Assembly: GCA_032718475.1 (NCBI GenBank) | Contig: JAUCBJ010000087.1 | Location: 1 to 64,000 of the forward strand | From: Nemertoderma westbladi | Lineage: Eukaryota; Animalia; Xenacoelomorpha | Length of the DNA stretch: 64,000 nt | Direction: 5' to 3' | Shown here: one piece after another, positions 1 to 11,699 of the stretch | Layout: every line of letters starts with the position of its first letter | Position numbering within the stretch: position 1 is the first letter of the stretch | Program-made: the position numbers and the translations under genes | The notes under the pieces: generated by a model | What the model was told of the DNA's origin: nothing | Database searches by the model: none | What the model saw: only the letters and a program-made list of their open reading frames with translations

Positions 1-2390
1 TCCCTTCCGCGCATTGTTCGTCGGTAGGAATTATTAACGGGATCTTCTTCTCGATGTGGTCGGAGTCCGTCTAGTCTCCTGTTCTCTCCTCGGTGGTCGA
101 TGTTGTCTAGGTTGTTCAATTCCACGCTGGTTCGTGATCGATCCGACGGTTGCGCTTCGAGTCGCTCTTCTATCTGAGCTAGTCGGTCCGCTACAGGTCG
201 CATTATTTCGGCGAGTCTGTTGGTGCTGATCGCTTCCGCTGGTTGCAACGTGGGTTTCTGTTGGGGTGTTTCTCGAGGTGGATTGTCGATGTAGGGATTC
301 GTCGACCTCTCCTCTCGTTTGTAATCTTCCGCCGCTCCAGTACGGAATATTTCCCGTTCCGTCGACTCCGAGTCACTAGATGAGTCGCTGTCGTCCGGAT
401 AAGGTGGCTGGCGGGTTCGTGTCCGGCGTATTACTCTCGATTTCGTCCGTTGTGGTCCGGAATCTACGGCTCTCCGTTGTTCGGTAGGCTCGCAAGCCTT
501 CCACGAAGTCGTAGGTCTCGCTATACGTTGTCCGATCCCGTGGGTACTACCCACATCCATCCTCCTCCGTAGTTCGGTAGGCTCGCAAGCCTTCCACGAA
601 GTCGTAGGTTGCGTCGAACATTGTGTCAACGGTCGAGTGAAATAGTCGGGTTTCGTAGTCGGTCTGTAAATAACTGGATTTGCACAGCACGTCACAGGTT
701 TAACTTGTAATGGTTTACTCACCTGTTTAATGGTCATAAACGCAGGTTCCTCTCTTCCTACAAGTAGACTACGACTTACTGTAGGTGGACTAGTTACGTT
801 ACCTGCTAAAATTGGCGATGAAGTCGCCCTAGGTTGCGGTATTTCCGTCACAACAAACCTGTTGCCTTGCGCCGAACGCACAGGCGTTATTTCCTTAGGT
901 TTCGTAACAAAGACCGGTTTTATCGGAGTCGTGGGTTTGAGCATAGGAATAACTTGGGGAAAACGTTTACAGTAATCCTCGACGAACTCCTCTCCTCGAT
1001 CTATCGCTCCCACGCTTCCTTCCTCGATCCGCTTCTGTATTCCGCGATATCGAGCTTCCATACGATCCAGGGCAGACAAGTCGTGTCCAGTTCGCGATCT
1101 CATAGATCTATCTCTCGCGTCGAGTTCGAGGTCCGCTTGCGCGTTCGCTGTCTCGCGCGATCTACGATTCAATTCGAACTGTAGTTGCATCTCCCTTTCG
1201 CGTCGATCTGCGTCCTGTTGTTGTGCCGCTAATTCCGCTTCCTGTATAGCTAATCGAGCGTTTATTTGCCGCGCCTCCAACTTGGCACGAGCATCGGATG
1301 CTGCTTTCTTCCGTACTAACTCAGCTGCGTTTACCGCCGCAACTCGTGCTAACTCGTCGGCTGCCGCTTCTCGCGCTAAGTCCTCCTCCAGTCTGCGCAT
1401 CTCCGAAGCTTCGAATTCGGCTTGCGCCTTGAGTTGTGCAATTCTTGCCTCGTCCTCTCTATGTTGTTTCTCTCCTTCGATGGCGATCTGTGCCATCTGG
1501 TGTCGCGCTTCTTCCTCGGCGACTTGTTGTCGGCGTGCAACCTCCTGTTGTTGTCGAGTAATTCCAGACGCTGTTCTACTAACGTCGCCAACGTTGCCAA
1601 CGTCGCTCCGTACGCTAACGAACGATCTATCCAGTGGTGGATGTTGGTAGGCTCGCGAGCCTTCCGTAGTGAGAACTTCCGTCGTCCCTCGCGGTTCGAC
1701 TTCCGGTTCTTCGATCGGTACGCCGCATCTACGAAGAAAATTGGTCAGCGTTTCCAACCTTCCGTCCAGGCAGTAGAGTTCTTCTTCCTCTTCGGGTTGT
1801 AACAACGCGTCCGAAACTGACTCACCTAGCAGTTGGTCGAACTGCTCCTGTTGAGCCAAGCTTATTACTGACTTAAACTGGATAAGGCTTTCTCTCGCAC
1901 TTACCAATTTATCTACTATCTTTACCTGAGTAAAGTTGTCGCCACGCAACTCTGCAAGTTCGTGCAAACCTTTAAGTTTATCTACGGAGGCATGTACCCT
2001 ACTTTCTATCCTTACCTGTAAGGTGTAGAACTCGTATCTCGACATCGGGGCGGTTAACTCGCGTAAAACGCGAAAACCTTCTCCGAGGTTCCGAGTAATC
2101 TGGGCCATGTGTCCTCCTATACTTCTAATAACGTTCTCCTGGCTTCCAGTCGAACTTACCATGTCCGGTTCCCGTGATCTAGTCTGCGGGACGGTAAGGA
2201 AATCTTCAATTCTGCCGTCGCCACGCGTTGCGGTTTCCGGTATTTCCGTTCGGGGTACCGGCGACGCAAGCGGTGTGACATCGGTGGAATCTCGGGTTCT
2301 CCTTCTCGGTCCGTCTACTGTCGATCTGTCCGGGTCGCACGAGTCATAGTCGGTAGGTGGGTATCTCGTCGAATGGGGTGTGTCACTCAT
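1..2390 (-). CDS. Gag-like ORF of LTR retrotransposon element 1 (BEL/Pao- or Gypsy-like); runs off the left edge
   Basis: ATG at 2390 (MSDTPHSTRYPP...) with no stop seen down to position 1 (>796 codons), so it is absent from the ORF track. Has a long E/A/R/Q coiled-coil (QQQEVARRQQVAEEEARHQ...), a P/T/S-rich linker and a duplicated PTTSWKACEPTE. Lies downstream of an LTR-like unit. No diagnostic domain inside the window. Confidence 0.6.
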   Translation of the reverse strand, partial: MSDTPHSTRYPPTDYDSCDPDRSTVDGPRRRTRDSTDVTPLASPVPRTEIPETATRGDGRIEDFLTVPQTRSREPDMVSSTGSQENVIRSIGGHMAQITRNLGEGFRVLRELTAPMSRYEFYTLQVRIESRVHASVDKLKGLHELAELRGDNFTQVKIVDKLVSARESLIQFKSVISLAQQEQFDQLLGESVSDALLQPEEEEELYCLDGRLETLTNFLRRCGVPIEEPEVEPRGTTEVLTTEGSRAYQHPPLDRSFVSVRSDVGNVGDVSRTASGITRQQQEVARRQQVAEEEARHQMAQIAIEGEKQHREDEARIAQLKAQAEFEASEMRRLEEDLAREAAADELARVAAVNAAELVRKKAASDARAKLEARQINARLAIQEAELAAQQQDADRREREMQLQFELNRRSRETANAQADLELDARDRSMRSRTGHDLSALDRMEARYRGIQKRIEEGSVGAIDRGEEFVEDYCKRFPQVIPMLKPTTPIKPVFVTKPKEITPVRSAQGNRFVVTEIPQPRATSSPILAGNVTSPPTVSRSLLVGREEPAFMTIKQVSKPLQVKPVTCCANPVIYRPTTKPDYFTRPLTQCSTQPTTSWKACEPTELRRRMDVGSTHGIGQRIARPTTSWKACEPTEQRRAVDSGPQRTKSRVIRRTRTRQPPYPDDSDSSSDSESTEREIFRTGAAEDYKREERSTNPYIDNPPRETPQQKPTLQPAEAISTNRLAEIMRPVADRLAQIEERLEAQPSDRSRTSVELNNLDNIDHRGENRRLDGLRPHREEDPVNNSYRRTMRGR

Positions 2391-4997
2391 GTCTTATTAT
2401 ATACGTCAAGTACGGGTAATAAAATGTCAAAGTGTCTGAATGTTGAAGTGTCAAACTTACCTAACCGGTACAAATAAATCAACAAGTCAGAATGTCGAAA
2501 TGTCAAAATGTCGAAATGTACAAATGTCAAACTTACCTTGATATATATATATATCATATATATACCCTAACCGGTACAAATAAACTAACAAAGTATATAA
2601 TAAAATAAGTAGTAATCTAGCCTACCGGCTAAATTTGTACGAATAAGTGAGATAACGGTATACGTTAACAAAATGTAGATCAACAAGTATAAACAATAGG
2701 CCAAACAGCAACGTCTAACGGGAAAATAAGTACCAACAACACTACTAATAGACAGTGAAACCCACAAATTTTGAGTACTACTGTGCTTTCTTAAGTTTGA
2801 ACGACGCGAGTCGTAAAACTTACGTTCCTTTGATCTTCCAGTCGTACAAATTCCCAAATACAAACCGGACGTGGGTCTTTCCGTTTTTCGGCGGCGCGGA
2901 CGAATTTATTGTCTCCCAAACTTTGCGAAAAGCGGTCTAATCCTCGAAGCGGTCCAGAAATGAGTCCTTGAGTCCTGAAAAGGTCGAAGGTGAGAGTTTT
3001 ACTTCTACGCTTACGAAAAATCTTCCTAGGTACCGATACAAATTGGTCTTTAAACCCTATGTACCTTTTCAAGTACCGAAAAGTAACACCGCACACACAC
3101 GGCGTAAAACAAAGTGCTACAAACTAACTGTTAGCTAGTCAAAGATTAAATACGAAAGTACTAGTTACCCTAAAAGCCTACTGAAGCAGGGGACGTTCTA
3201 AATTACAAAATTTACTAACCTTAAATTTTAAATATCTCCTACTTTCAATAGCTAACAATTCTAAACTATACTATACGCTACGGCGGAAATACTATATACT
3301 AATTTATATAAATACTTCCTACTGTAAGGTAGGAATATTTTACACTACGATAGAAGCACTATATACTAATTTATATAAATACTTCCTACTGTAAGGGTCC
3401 AGTAGTATACCGCTTACCAGATCCTAGTAACGATGTATCTTACTATGAGACTCTAGTAATGTATACGGGCTCGTACAGTATCTGACAACAAATCCCAGTC
3501 CAGGATATCTAAACAAACAGATACAGTACACAAACGACTACTGGCGAGGAACAGAGCCTTGTATCTATTCTATGTACGTGAGCGGGTCGAATGCCTACGT
3601 ACTAGACAGAAGGATACCTGTCCTCTAACCGGTGAGGCAGATGTACAGTTACAGTAACAGACCAAACTCACGGGAAAACAATCCCCGCGCAGCGAATCCT
3701 AACTATCACTGACAGTCCTAAATACAGTAACTTGCCGCGGTGTGATTTATATGGTTTATATACGAGCTAGTGGGTTAACAGACCTAGCGTAACAACACTG
3801 ACAGTCCTAAATCAGTCGAAAAGGGGTCGTGCCTAAATGTAACAATAACTGATCCCCCTGTACGAAATCAGTCTAAAGGGTCAAGCCTAAATGTAACAAT
3901 AACTGCTGGATAGAAATCAACAGTTTAATAACGAAAGTGAAATACTCCTTATCGCCGCAACTAAATCAGATCCTAATTTTACAAATACAGACAATTTCCA
4001 CCTAAAGTAATGTATAGTGCGCTATAGCTAGTAGAACTTTAAGGGCAATATGTTTTAGGGCGTGTGTGTGTGGGTGTGTTACAAATAAAACAATTTCGTG
4101 TAATTCCTTTTACTAGGTTTTAGTGATTTTCTGACTAAATGATACCGTGCGCTAGCTACTAAAATAAACTAGTCGCGTTTGTAGAACTTTATACTCACGA
4201 ATGACGTCAAAGCTCTCTCCTTCCTATCCACAACCCAATGGGCAACCACAGTGTTAGTAACTACACCCGTGATCGGCACTAATACCAGATTCTGGTTGTA
4301 AGATAAGAATAGGGGTTAATCGCTACCGTACGTTAGCTGATCTGGTATACTAATTTAATTCTAGAACTTTGTTGCTGCGGTAGTTAGCAGCAATACCTAT
4401 CAGTACGTGGCAAGGCGCGGTAGGATATTAATAAACCTCCCAAGGCCAAGCAGTGTGCCGGTAGCAGAAATACTCCTTGCCTGATCAAATAGCTAACTCC
4501 AGACAGGGGGGGGGGGGGGTACTAATGTACGTTCTACAAAGCGAACCGGTACCAAACAGTCAGTGCTATGAATCACTAAATTATGGAACATATGCTGTCC
4601 GTACCTAATATGTACTCGCGTACTGACGAATGGCAATAGTTCGCACCTGTAGGAAGTACAGGTTAACCCAGGGATTCGTAGGACTTGACAAAGGGGGGGT
4701 GTTGTCTGGATATAATTATTTGATCCTAAATTTGCGGCGTCCAGTACGGCGTCACGCTTACCCTGATCTATAGGTCTTACGGCGGGCAAGGGCGTCGAAC
4801 AAAGTCTTACCTTCTCACAAAGCGGGCGCTGCATAGCAAGTGGAGTATTTCGAAGGGGCAAAGGGGGTGCGCGGTCAATCCAAATGTGGGCGCTAGCGTG
4901 TTGTGGACATCCCTTCCCTGCGTTGCTTACTGCCTAACGATCTAGGCTGCCATCTCCCTGATGTTCGGCTGTCCCAAAGTTGGACCAAAAGAAAACA
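2391..4997 (-). mobile_element. 2.6-kb untranslated leader of LTR element 1
   Basis: No credible ORF. Colinear blocks shared with 5673-7468 (TACAAACCGGACGTG, AACCGGTGAGGCAGA, TGCCGCGGTGTGATTTATATGGTT, ATACTCACGAATGA). Internal 39-bp duplication near 3290/3358. Confidence 0.55.
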
Positions 4998-5672
4998 TGT
5001 CAGGAATTTGCAGTATATTTACAGTTTTACAAAAGGATTTATCAAATAAAGTTTCAACAAGAAACCGAAATAAACTAATAACAATTTAGGAATTTGCAAG
5101 AGTAAGTAAGTGAGGTGATAACCGAAGGCAAACCGGCCTTTTTATACTAGAAATTGCACATGGAAACTAAACAGAATTTTCCACAGCTTCACAATTGAGC
5201 AATGAAGTGCTTCGTGCTCTATGATTGGCCCAGCTCATCGTTCAACGCAGTCCGGCCCTTACACTAATCTGGGACATGGAATCCTAACAGAATTTTCCAC
5301 TGCCTCACATTTGAGCAATAAGATAACTTATGCCCTATGATTGGCCTGGCTCATCATTCGCTACGCTGTACGCTTCTCATTGGCCTACCAATTAGCACCA
5401 CACGAAAATAAATGGCCCCAAAATACAAATTTCCCGACTGGGATTCGAACTCGTAACCTATGTAATGTAACCAACGCCTTAACCATCTGACCACTACGCC
5501 ACGAGAGTACCTAAGGGTTTTATGTGTACAAATATGAATAGGCATATTACATTACTGTAACTCAATCAAAATATGTCGGATTTTCGAAAGTTTTTACGTT
5601 AAAGTTAAACTACAAATGCTATCTTATAGTGAAATAATTCATCACGTACGGAATGCATAAATACTTGAGACA
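4998..5672 (-). mobile_element. Putative 5' LTR of element 1 (675 bp)
   Basis: TGT...ACA ends. Minus-strand TATAAAAA at 5146-5139, repeated CCAAT boxes (ATTGG near 5224, 5340, 5379) and a tRNA-like cassette. Same length and layout as 7469-8141. Confidence 0.55.
5431..5500 (-). ncRNA. tRNA-derived sequence with Pol III A/B boxes inside LTR 1
   Basis: Minus strand GGCGTAGTGGTCAGATGGTTAAGGCGTTGG...TAGGTTACGAGTTCGAATCCCAGTCGG. A box TGGTCAGATGG, B box GAGTTCGAATCC. Acceptor and anticodon stems do not pair, so not a functional tRNA. Confidence 0.6.
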
Positions 5673-7468
5673 GTGGAACCCACAATAATTTTAACTAATA
5701 CGGTAATGCCTAACTGATTTATGCAACTTTTCAAACTCACCCCCTCCAATGATTCTCCAGAAAAACAGATTCCCAGATACAAACCGGACGTGAACCTTTC
5801 TTTTTCCAGCGTTGCGGACGAAGTGCGATTTTCCCAACCAAAGTTGTTGAGTTATCTATCTCCCAAACTTGCTAAACATGGTCTTGCTCTCGTTACAGTC
5901 TAGAAATGAGCTCTGAATCCTGAAAAACAAAAGAGTTAGGTTTTACTTTTACGAAAAATTTTGTACCGGTACAATATGGTATTTAAACCCTTTTTTTAAA
6001 CACCGGTATTCAATTCCAAATATTTTACACGTGGTTCAAATCAAAATTTTTATTTCAAAAAATTAGCACTTAGCTAATCAAATACAAACTTTTACCTCAA
6101 AATACAAAATTTTCAAATAACTTTAGTCCTACTGAACCATAGTTCAGTAAAACACATTCCTACTATTGGAAGAGACAGTAACAAAATGCCCTGCAATATC
6201 CTACTGTAAAGTTTGTGAATCAAATCATAAATCCGACCTTCTCACCAAAACAGTAAACTCTAAGTAAGCGAATATATATTGCAGTATCGGTCTCTTATAA
6301 CCGGTGAGGCAGAAAACAGTCTACGAACGGACAAACTTCGATAAAACAAAATCCCGCCCAGCGAATCCTAAAATCAGGCTGACTCACTGACGGACTAAGG
6401 GGCTCGTATACTTTGCCGCGGTGTGATTTATATGGTTGGGATAGAGAGATGCTAGCTAGGTGCAGAAAGGTCTAACTAGCGGGCAAAGCGCAGTACGGAC
6501 AAAAATTATTTTATATATTTTGAGGTGAAAATAATTTCTAACGCGCGTGTGTCTTGATTCTAAACAGTCAAAGTCAGTTTTGCTCCTTCACATATATAAT
6601 GACTGGGTCCGGTGTGCATTTTACAAATATTCTAATTTTGTAACTTGTAGGTCCAATACTCACGAATGATAAGGCTCCTTCCCCTTTTGCGTATTTCCAG
6701 GACTCAAATTCAGGCATAAGGTTAATACTACGCCCAGAATTCGGCAATTTAATTTACCAGGTCCCTAATACTAAGAAGAAATGTGTTAGTTTACTACAGT
6801 AGGCGTACTGTTACTAATAGCTAGCCTGGCGTTCTTATCTAGAATTTTGGTTGCCTAGATGGGCACGGCAACTTCCTAACAGAATGTTGGCGGGGACACG
6901 GTAGGTGTTAGTATCCCTAAATAGCCTCAATTTATTTGCGCCTAGTGGTAAACTGCCCTACCGCCTGAACGGTACAATCCCAATTCAGGTAAAACACAGT
7001 AACCCTTCTAGCCTACAAGTTCAAATGCAATGGACACCGTTGTACTACAAACAGTCACCGACGCACCTATACTTAGCAAGAGTTAGGCGTACAGTTTGCT
7101 GCACCCTACCAATGGGTATGCCTTGTACCGGTGTGCCTGCGTCCTATCTGTGTACTAGTATCTCTGCCTGCTCTCCCCCCGTAGGAATGTGAAGGTCTAC
7201 TGCGGGTTTTTCTCTGAATTAAGACAGTACAGTCCCTAGATGTAATTTTTAGCGCACAGCGTGTCACTACCTCTACCTTCGATCTTTGGTCTTACACTTA
7301 GGTAGCAAGGCATTGAACGCTGTCTAACCTTTCAGGCGATGGGCGAATAACTAAGAATGATATTGTGGGTTGTCTCCTTCTACATTCCTCAGATGTTCCC
7401 GTTCATTGCTGTGGTCCGATGTTTAGCCTGCCATCTTGTCCCTCAGTTAGGTTCCCCGTGGTAAAACA
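5673..7468 (-). mobile_element. Leader of diverged paralogous LTR element 2, interrupted by element 1
   Basis: Same conserved blocks in the same order as 2750-4997, with diverged spacers. Confidence 0.55.
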
Positions 7469-8141
7469 TGATAGGAAAAGGGCAGATGTAACAAGTATTT
7501 CTAACCTTTATTACAAAACTAATATACAATAAACAATACTAAGATAAGATAGAAATCTAAGAAGTAGGTGTTATAACTAATGAACAAACCGCACCTTTTA
7601 TAGCAAATTTGTGCTGCAATCAATCGAGATAAATCTAGATTGTTCTATGAGTTCTAATAGGTTTTTAAAGATAACCATTGGTCCAGCGAACACGTATCTT
7701 GCACGACATTGGTTACAATCTAATAACTGCAATCCTATTGGTTAATCTACCTTGAGCAAATGCAATTTAATTTGTAGCGGTTAATTTAAATGAGTTGAAA
7801 CTTAGCACAAAAAATAATTCGCACCTACTAGGATTCGATCTCAATACCTACTACACGAATTTCCAACGCTTATCCGACTGAGCTACTGAACCACTTGAAC
7901 AATGTTATACAAATAGATATACTGAATGCAAATGAAGACTTAATCTTAATGTAATAGTGTATGTAAATAATGTAATCTTTATAGCAAAGTTAATTCGAAC
8001 AAAATAAAATTTTGAAAATCCACGGCATTTATGAGAATATAATTCTATACAGGTCCAAGATTAGCTGATATAGTGTTTATGTTACAATGCGTTATTCTAC
8101 TTAGAGATCCACACCTTTGATAAACCTGGTATTTCAGGACA
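7469..8141 (-). mobile_element. Putative 5' LTR of element 2 (673 bp)
   Basis: TG...CA ends, and the AAAACA|TG boundary matches LTR 1. Minus-strand TATAAAA at 7602-7596, AATAAA near 7510, ATTGG boxes, tRNA-like cassette. Confidence 0.5.
7821..7894 (-). ncRNA. tRNA-derived sequence with Pol III A/B boxes inside LTR 2
   Basis: Minus strand TAGCTCAGTCGGATAAGCGTTGG...TAGGTATTGAGATCGAATCCTAGTAGG; alignable to 5431-5500. Confidence 0.6.
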
Positions 8142-10091
8142 TCGTTTTCATCCCTTGTAATGTATTTGAGTTGGTTGAATGTCATGATGGCATTGATTTG
8201 TGTCCATTTATTGCCGACACCCTCATTATCATCTCGAATATGAATTTCAAATACTTTATATAGTCTTTGACGTTTGCTATTGGATACACCCCCCCTCCCC
8301 CCCTGCCTCTGCCTCTCTTCCTCTCTAAACCTGCCTCTGCACTGATGTCTATATTATTCTTAACCTTCCAACACATGTTAATATTCATCATTGGCGAACA
8401 TAGGCAACTATCAGAATCGTATCTAGAGATTTAGAAAGTTTTATATGCCAATTATATCGCAGGTGGTCAGATATTAATGACGTGAACATGCTTCAGTATC
8501 GTCTTTTAATCTCAAAAAGTGGAGAAATCGAGTCAACCTTTGCTGCCACCTTGTAAGTATTGTTTATACACCTATATATCCAAAGCCAACTTAACTACCA
8601 AGCGTATATTTGGAAAAAAGTTTAGTATCCATCATCAATGTACCTTCTCCCATTATACTGTAGGTCTGTCTGTTAGATGAAGAGGATATGATAATACCTG
8701 ATTGGATGCATGTTCTTCCAGCTCCATCATCAATCCTCTCTCTCTCTCTCTGCTGTATTGAAATTGTACTACGTCATGTAAACCACTAACGTATCTGCCT
8801 ACAAAATAAACTTCATTCAATTGAGTTGTACAAATTCAAGTAATGCACCAAATGGAATGAGGCGGAATTGGAATGAACTGATGCACTTGACACCTCAGAT
8901 GACGAAGGTGATTTCTAATACAGCAGTAATTGTATCACATACATTACCTACTCGACTAAGAATACTCTATTTGCTCGGATGACATCATCGCATACCAATT
9001 AAGAATACGTACATACATAATTATGTATTTATTATTAAATAAAGAGGATTTAGTATTCAAAAATGTTATTATCGATGGAATCATCTTTGCAGAAATCATC
9101 TAGGAAAAATTATGATAAATATATAAATTGAAATGAATATACTAAAATAACTAACCTCTCTTTTGTGGTAGGTGTCAAGTCATTTGTTTGTGTCATATCG
9201 GAGTCATCTTCAATGGCATCTGTAGTGGTAGTCATGGTAACCTGTGAAGGAGTGTTGTCTGAAATGCCATTTAGATGTCACTTGTCATTTTAAAATGATT
9301 TGTAGTCACATCTTGATTGTTTTTTATTGACATAAATATTTGTTAAAGTCATTATTTTGAAACAGAGTTTAAAATGATAACTGAGATTAAAATGATGAAA
9401 AATAAAAATATTTCAAACATGGGTTTATCTTTGGAACCATATATCACCGTTATAACAAAACAGGTTTAGCTCTCAGTATACCAAAATTTTCCAAAACTAA
9501 TATTCAATAAACTGCGGTAATTTGTTTTTAAGATAATGGTATTGTTCTAGAATGGTAGCTATTTTTCTAAAACATGTCAATTTTCATTTAGCAGCATTCC
9601 CATGGTAACAATAATTATATTCCAGAATTTTATGTCACATTTAGAATTGTTAGACCAGTAGCTATCTTTTTCAAAAGATGCGATGAATTTATATTGAGTT
9701 ATTAGAGTACTGCAGCATGTTTGTTGTTTTACCATTTCCATGACAACCGGTGATAACACCAAGTCAGATACCGATTCAGATTTGTTATCATATCAAAATG
9801 AATGGCCAGAAGCTAGGTCTTCCCAAAAATATAAGTTCCGGGTGGTTACCAAAAAGTATCCCCTATGCTGGCTGGCCCATGGACTACTAGTCCAATAACA
9901 TATTTACCCTATCTATTAAATAATACCCTATGTGTGAGATAGGCAGGGTATTGACAGGCCGGATTCTATCAAAAATGTTTATGACTAAATCGTGGTTTTC
10001 TCATGAGGACATTTCTCGAGATAAGGTGTTTTAACACGGCAGTATTGTACGTCAACACCCAATGGATTTAGTTTAACAAAGCAGCATTAAA

Positions 10092-10483
10092 ATAACTAAT
10101 TTAACGGAACCTTAAGGTTCGATTATTTATGGCTGTTGTGGTACAAGCACTCTTATATGGGAGTCCAGGCTGGGCTCTAACTGCAGAGGATACCAAATCT
10201 CTGGATGGCACTTTCACAAGAATGGTGCGCCGGGTTCACTGTGTCAAGTACAATGCACAGCACACATCTCCAATCAGACTCTATACAACATTGGACGTGT
10301 TCCATTAGCCTCCCTAGCTTGACACTTGAACGGAACTGTCTCCTGTCATCCCTGTCTTTCTTGCGACACATTTTAAAGGACACTGGGGCCTTGAAGATAA
10401 GGATGATCTAGCAAATATCGTGGGTGATAGGGTGTTATGGAGGCAATGCAGCTGCAATGCAGCATGTCGATCGTAGTAGTGGT
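10092..10483 (+). mobile_element. 5'-truncated RTE-clade LINE (family A) 3' fragment
   Basis: KVRLFMAVVVQALLYGSPGWALTAEDTKSLDGTFTRM, (TAG)n tail, flanking duplication AGCATTAAA (10083-10091/10484-10492). Homologous to 39945-40270 and 58637-59180. Confidence 0.8.
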
Positions 10484-10718
10484 AGCATTAAAGGGAAGTA
10501 TGTAGGCCTAATTAGTTTCGATGATGGCAAATTATTTTGGTTTTCTAAAATATTCAGGTTTTCTAAAGTTTTTCTAACAGTTTTCCCAGTGAACATTTTG
10601 AAAACAAAACAAAACACTGGCAGATACTGCGAGAATTTAAAATTACAACTCAACGTATAACGTTGGGTATGTAATGTGGCACTTCATGATACATATGAGA
10701 ACACCTTATGATACTGAT

Positions 10719-11105
10719 GAGATCGTTTTATAAGACGGTTGAGAACGCTTTATAAGACGGTTGAGAACGCTTTATAAGACGGTTGAGATAGCATTATAAG
10801 ACGGTTGAGAACGCTTTATAAGACGGTTGAGAACGCTTTATAAGACGGTTGAGAACGCTTTATAAGACGGTTGAGAACGCTTTATAAGACGGTTGAGAAC
10901 GCTTTATAAGACCGTTGGGAACGCTTTATAAGACGGTTGAGAACGCTTTATAAGACGGTTGAGAACGCTTTATAAGACGGTTGAGAACGCTTTATAAGAC
11001 GGTTGAGAACGCTTTATAAGACGGTTGAGAACGCTTTATAAGACGGTTGAGAACGCTTTATAAAACGGTTGAGAACGCTTTATAAGACTGTTGAGAACGC
11101 TTTAT
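10719..11105. repeat. 22-bp tandem array (GAGAACGCTTTATAAGACGGTT, ~17 copies)
   Basis: Head-to-tail near-identical units, no spacers. Confidence 0.95.
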
Positions 11106-11699
11106 GGATCTGAGCTGCTAATGTAGTTACACACTAGGCTTTTGTAAAGCCTACAAATAATTGCGAACAAAATTTAGAATTTCACCAAAATTTATACAAT
11201 AATATTGATCGTGATAAATATTAAGTCGTAATTTATAATTATTTTAATATGATTTCAAATAATTAATAACTATTGAATAAAAACATACATCAATTAGAAA
11301 CACATATTATGTTATAAATTGGCAAAATACTTTTTCGGATTTTAATAAAATACCTATTTCTTGAGCAAATTAATATTGTATTTTTGAATACAATACACCA
11401 AATTGTAATCATTCTAGCTAGAAAGAGTTAATTGACGTATAAAGTTTGTTTATGTTGTATTCGGCATAATTATTGTTTACTGTGTGATTAGATTTATATA
11501 CATTTATATTTTATACATATCATTTTTTCTCATATATTATAATTCATGTAATAAGGTTAACCTATGGCCTACCGGTATGCATGATAGGCTTTAGGCTAGT
11601 TATAATAAACCAGGTTTCTCTTTATTATTTCTGCACCATAACTTGAGTTACGCTTGTATCTTAAACAATAAGGAAGGAACCCTTAGGCACATATTGAAT

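Noticed and set aside
730-2349. Plus-strand ORFs in the track (730-2349)
   Set aside because: Antisense shadows of the long minus-strand gag-like frame.
5431-5500. Functional tRNA genes here, at 7821-7894 and at 38549-38615
   Set aside because: A/B boxes are present but acceptor stems do not pair and anticodon arms are defective.
8520-9260. Possible minus-strand exons of a host gene
   Set aside because: Splice-like signals exist, but translations are short, stop-containing and unrecognisable.
10719-11105. CRISPR array
   Set aside because: Units are contiguous with no unique spacers, there are no cas genes, and the context is eukaryotic. The same applies to the 31-bp array at 59738-59994.
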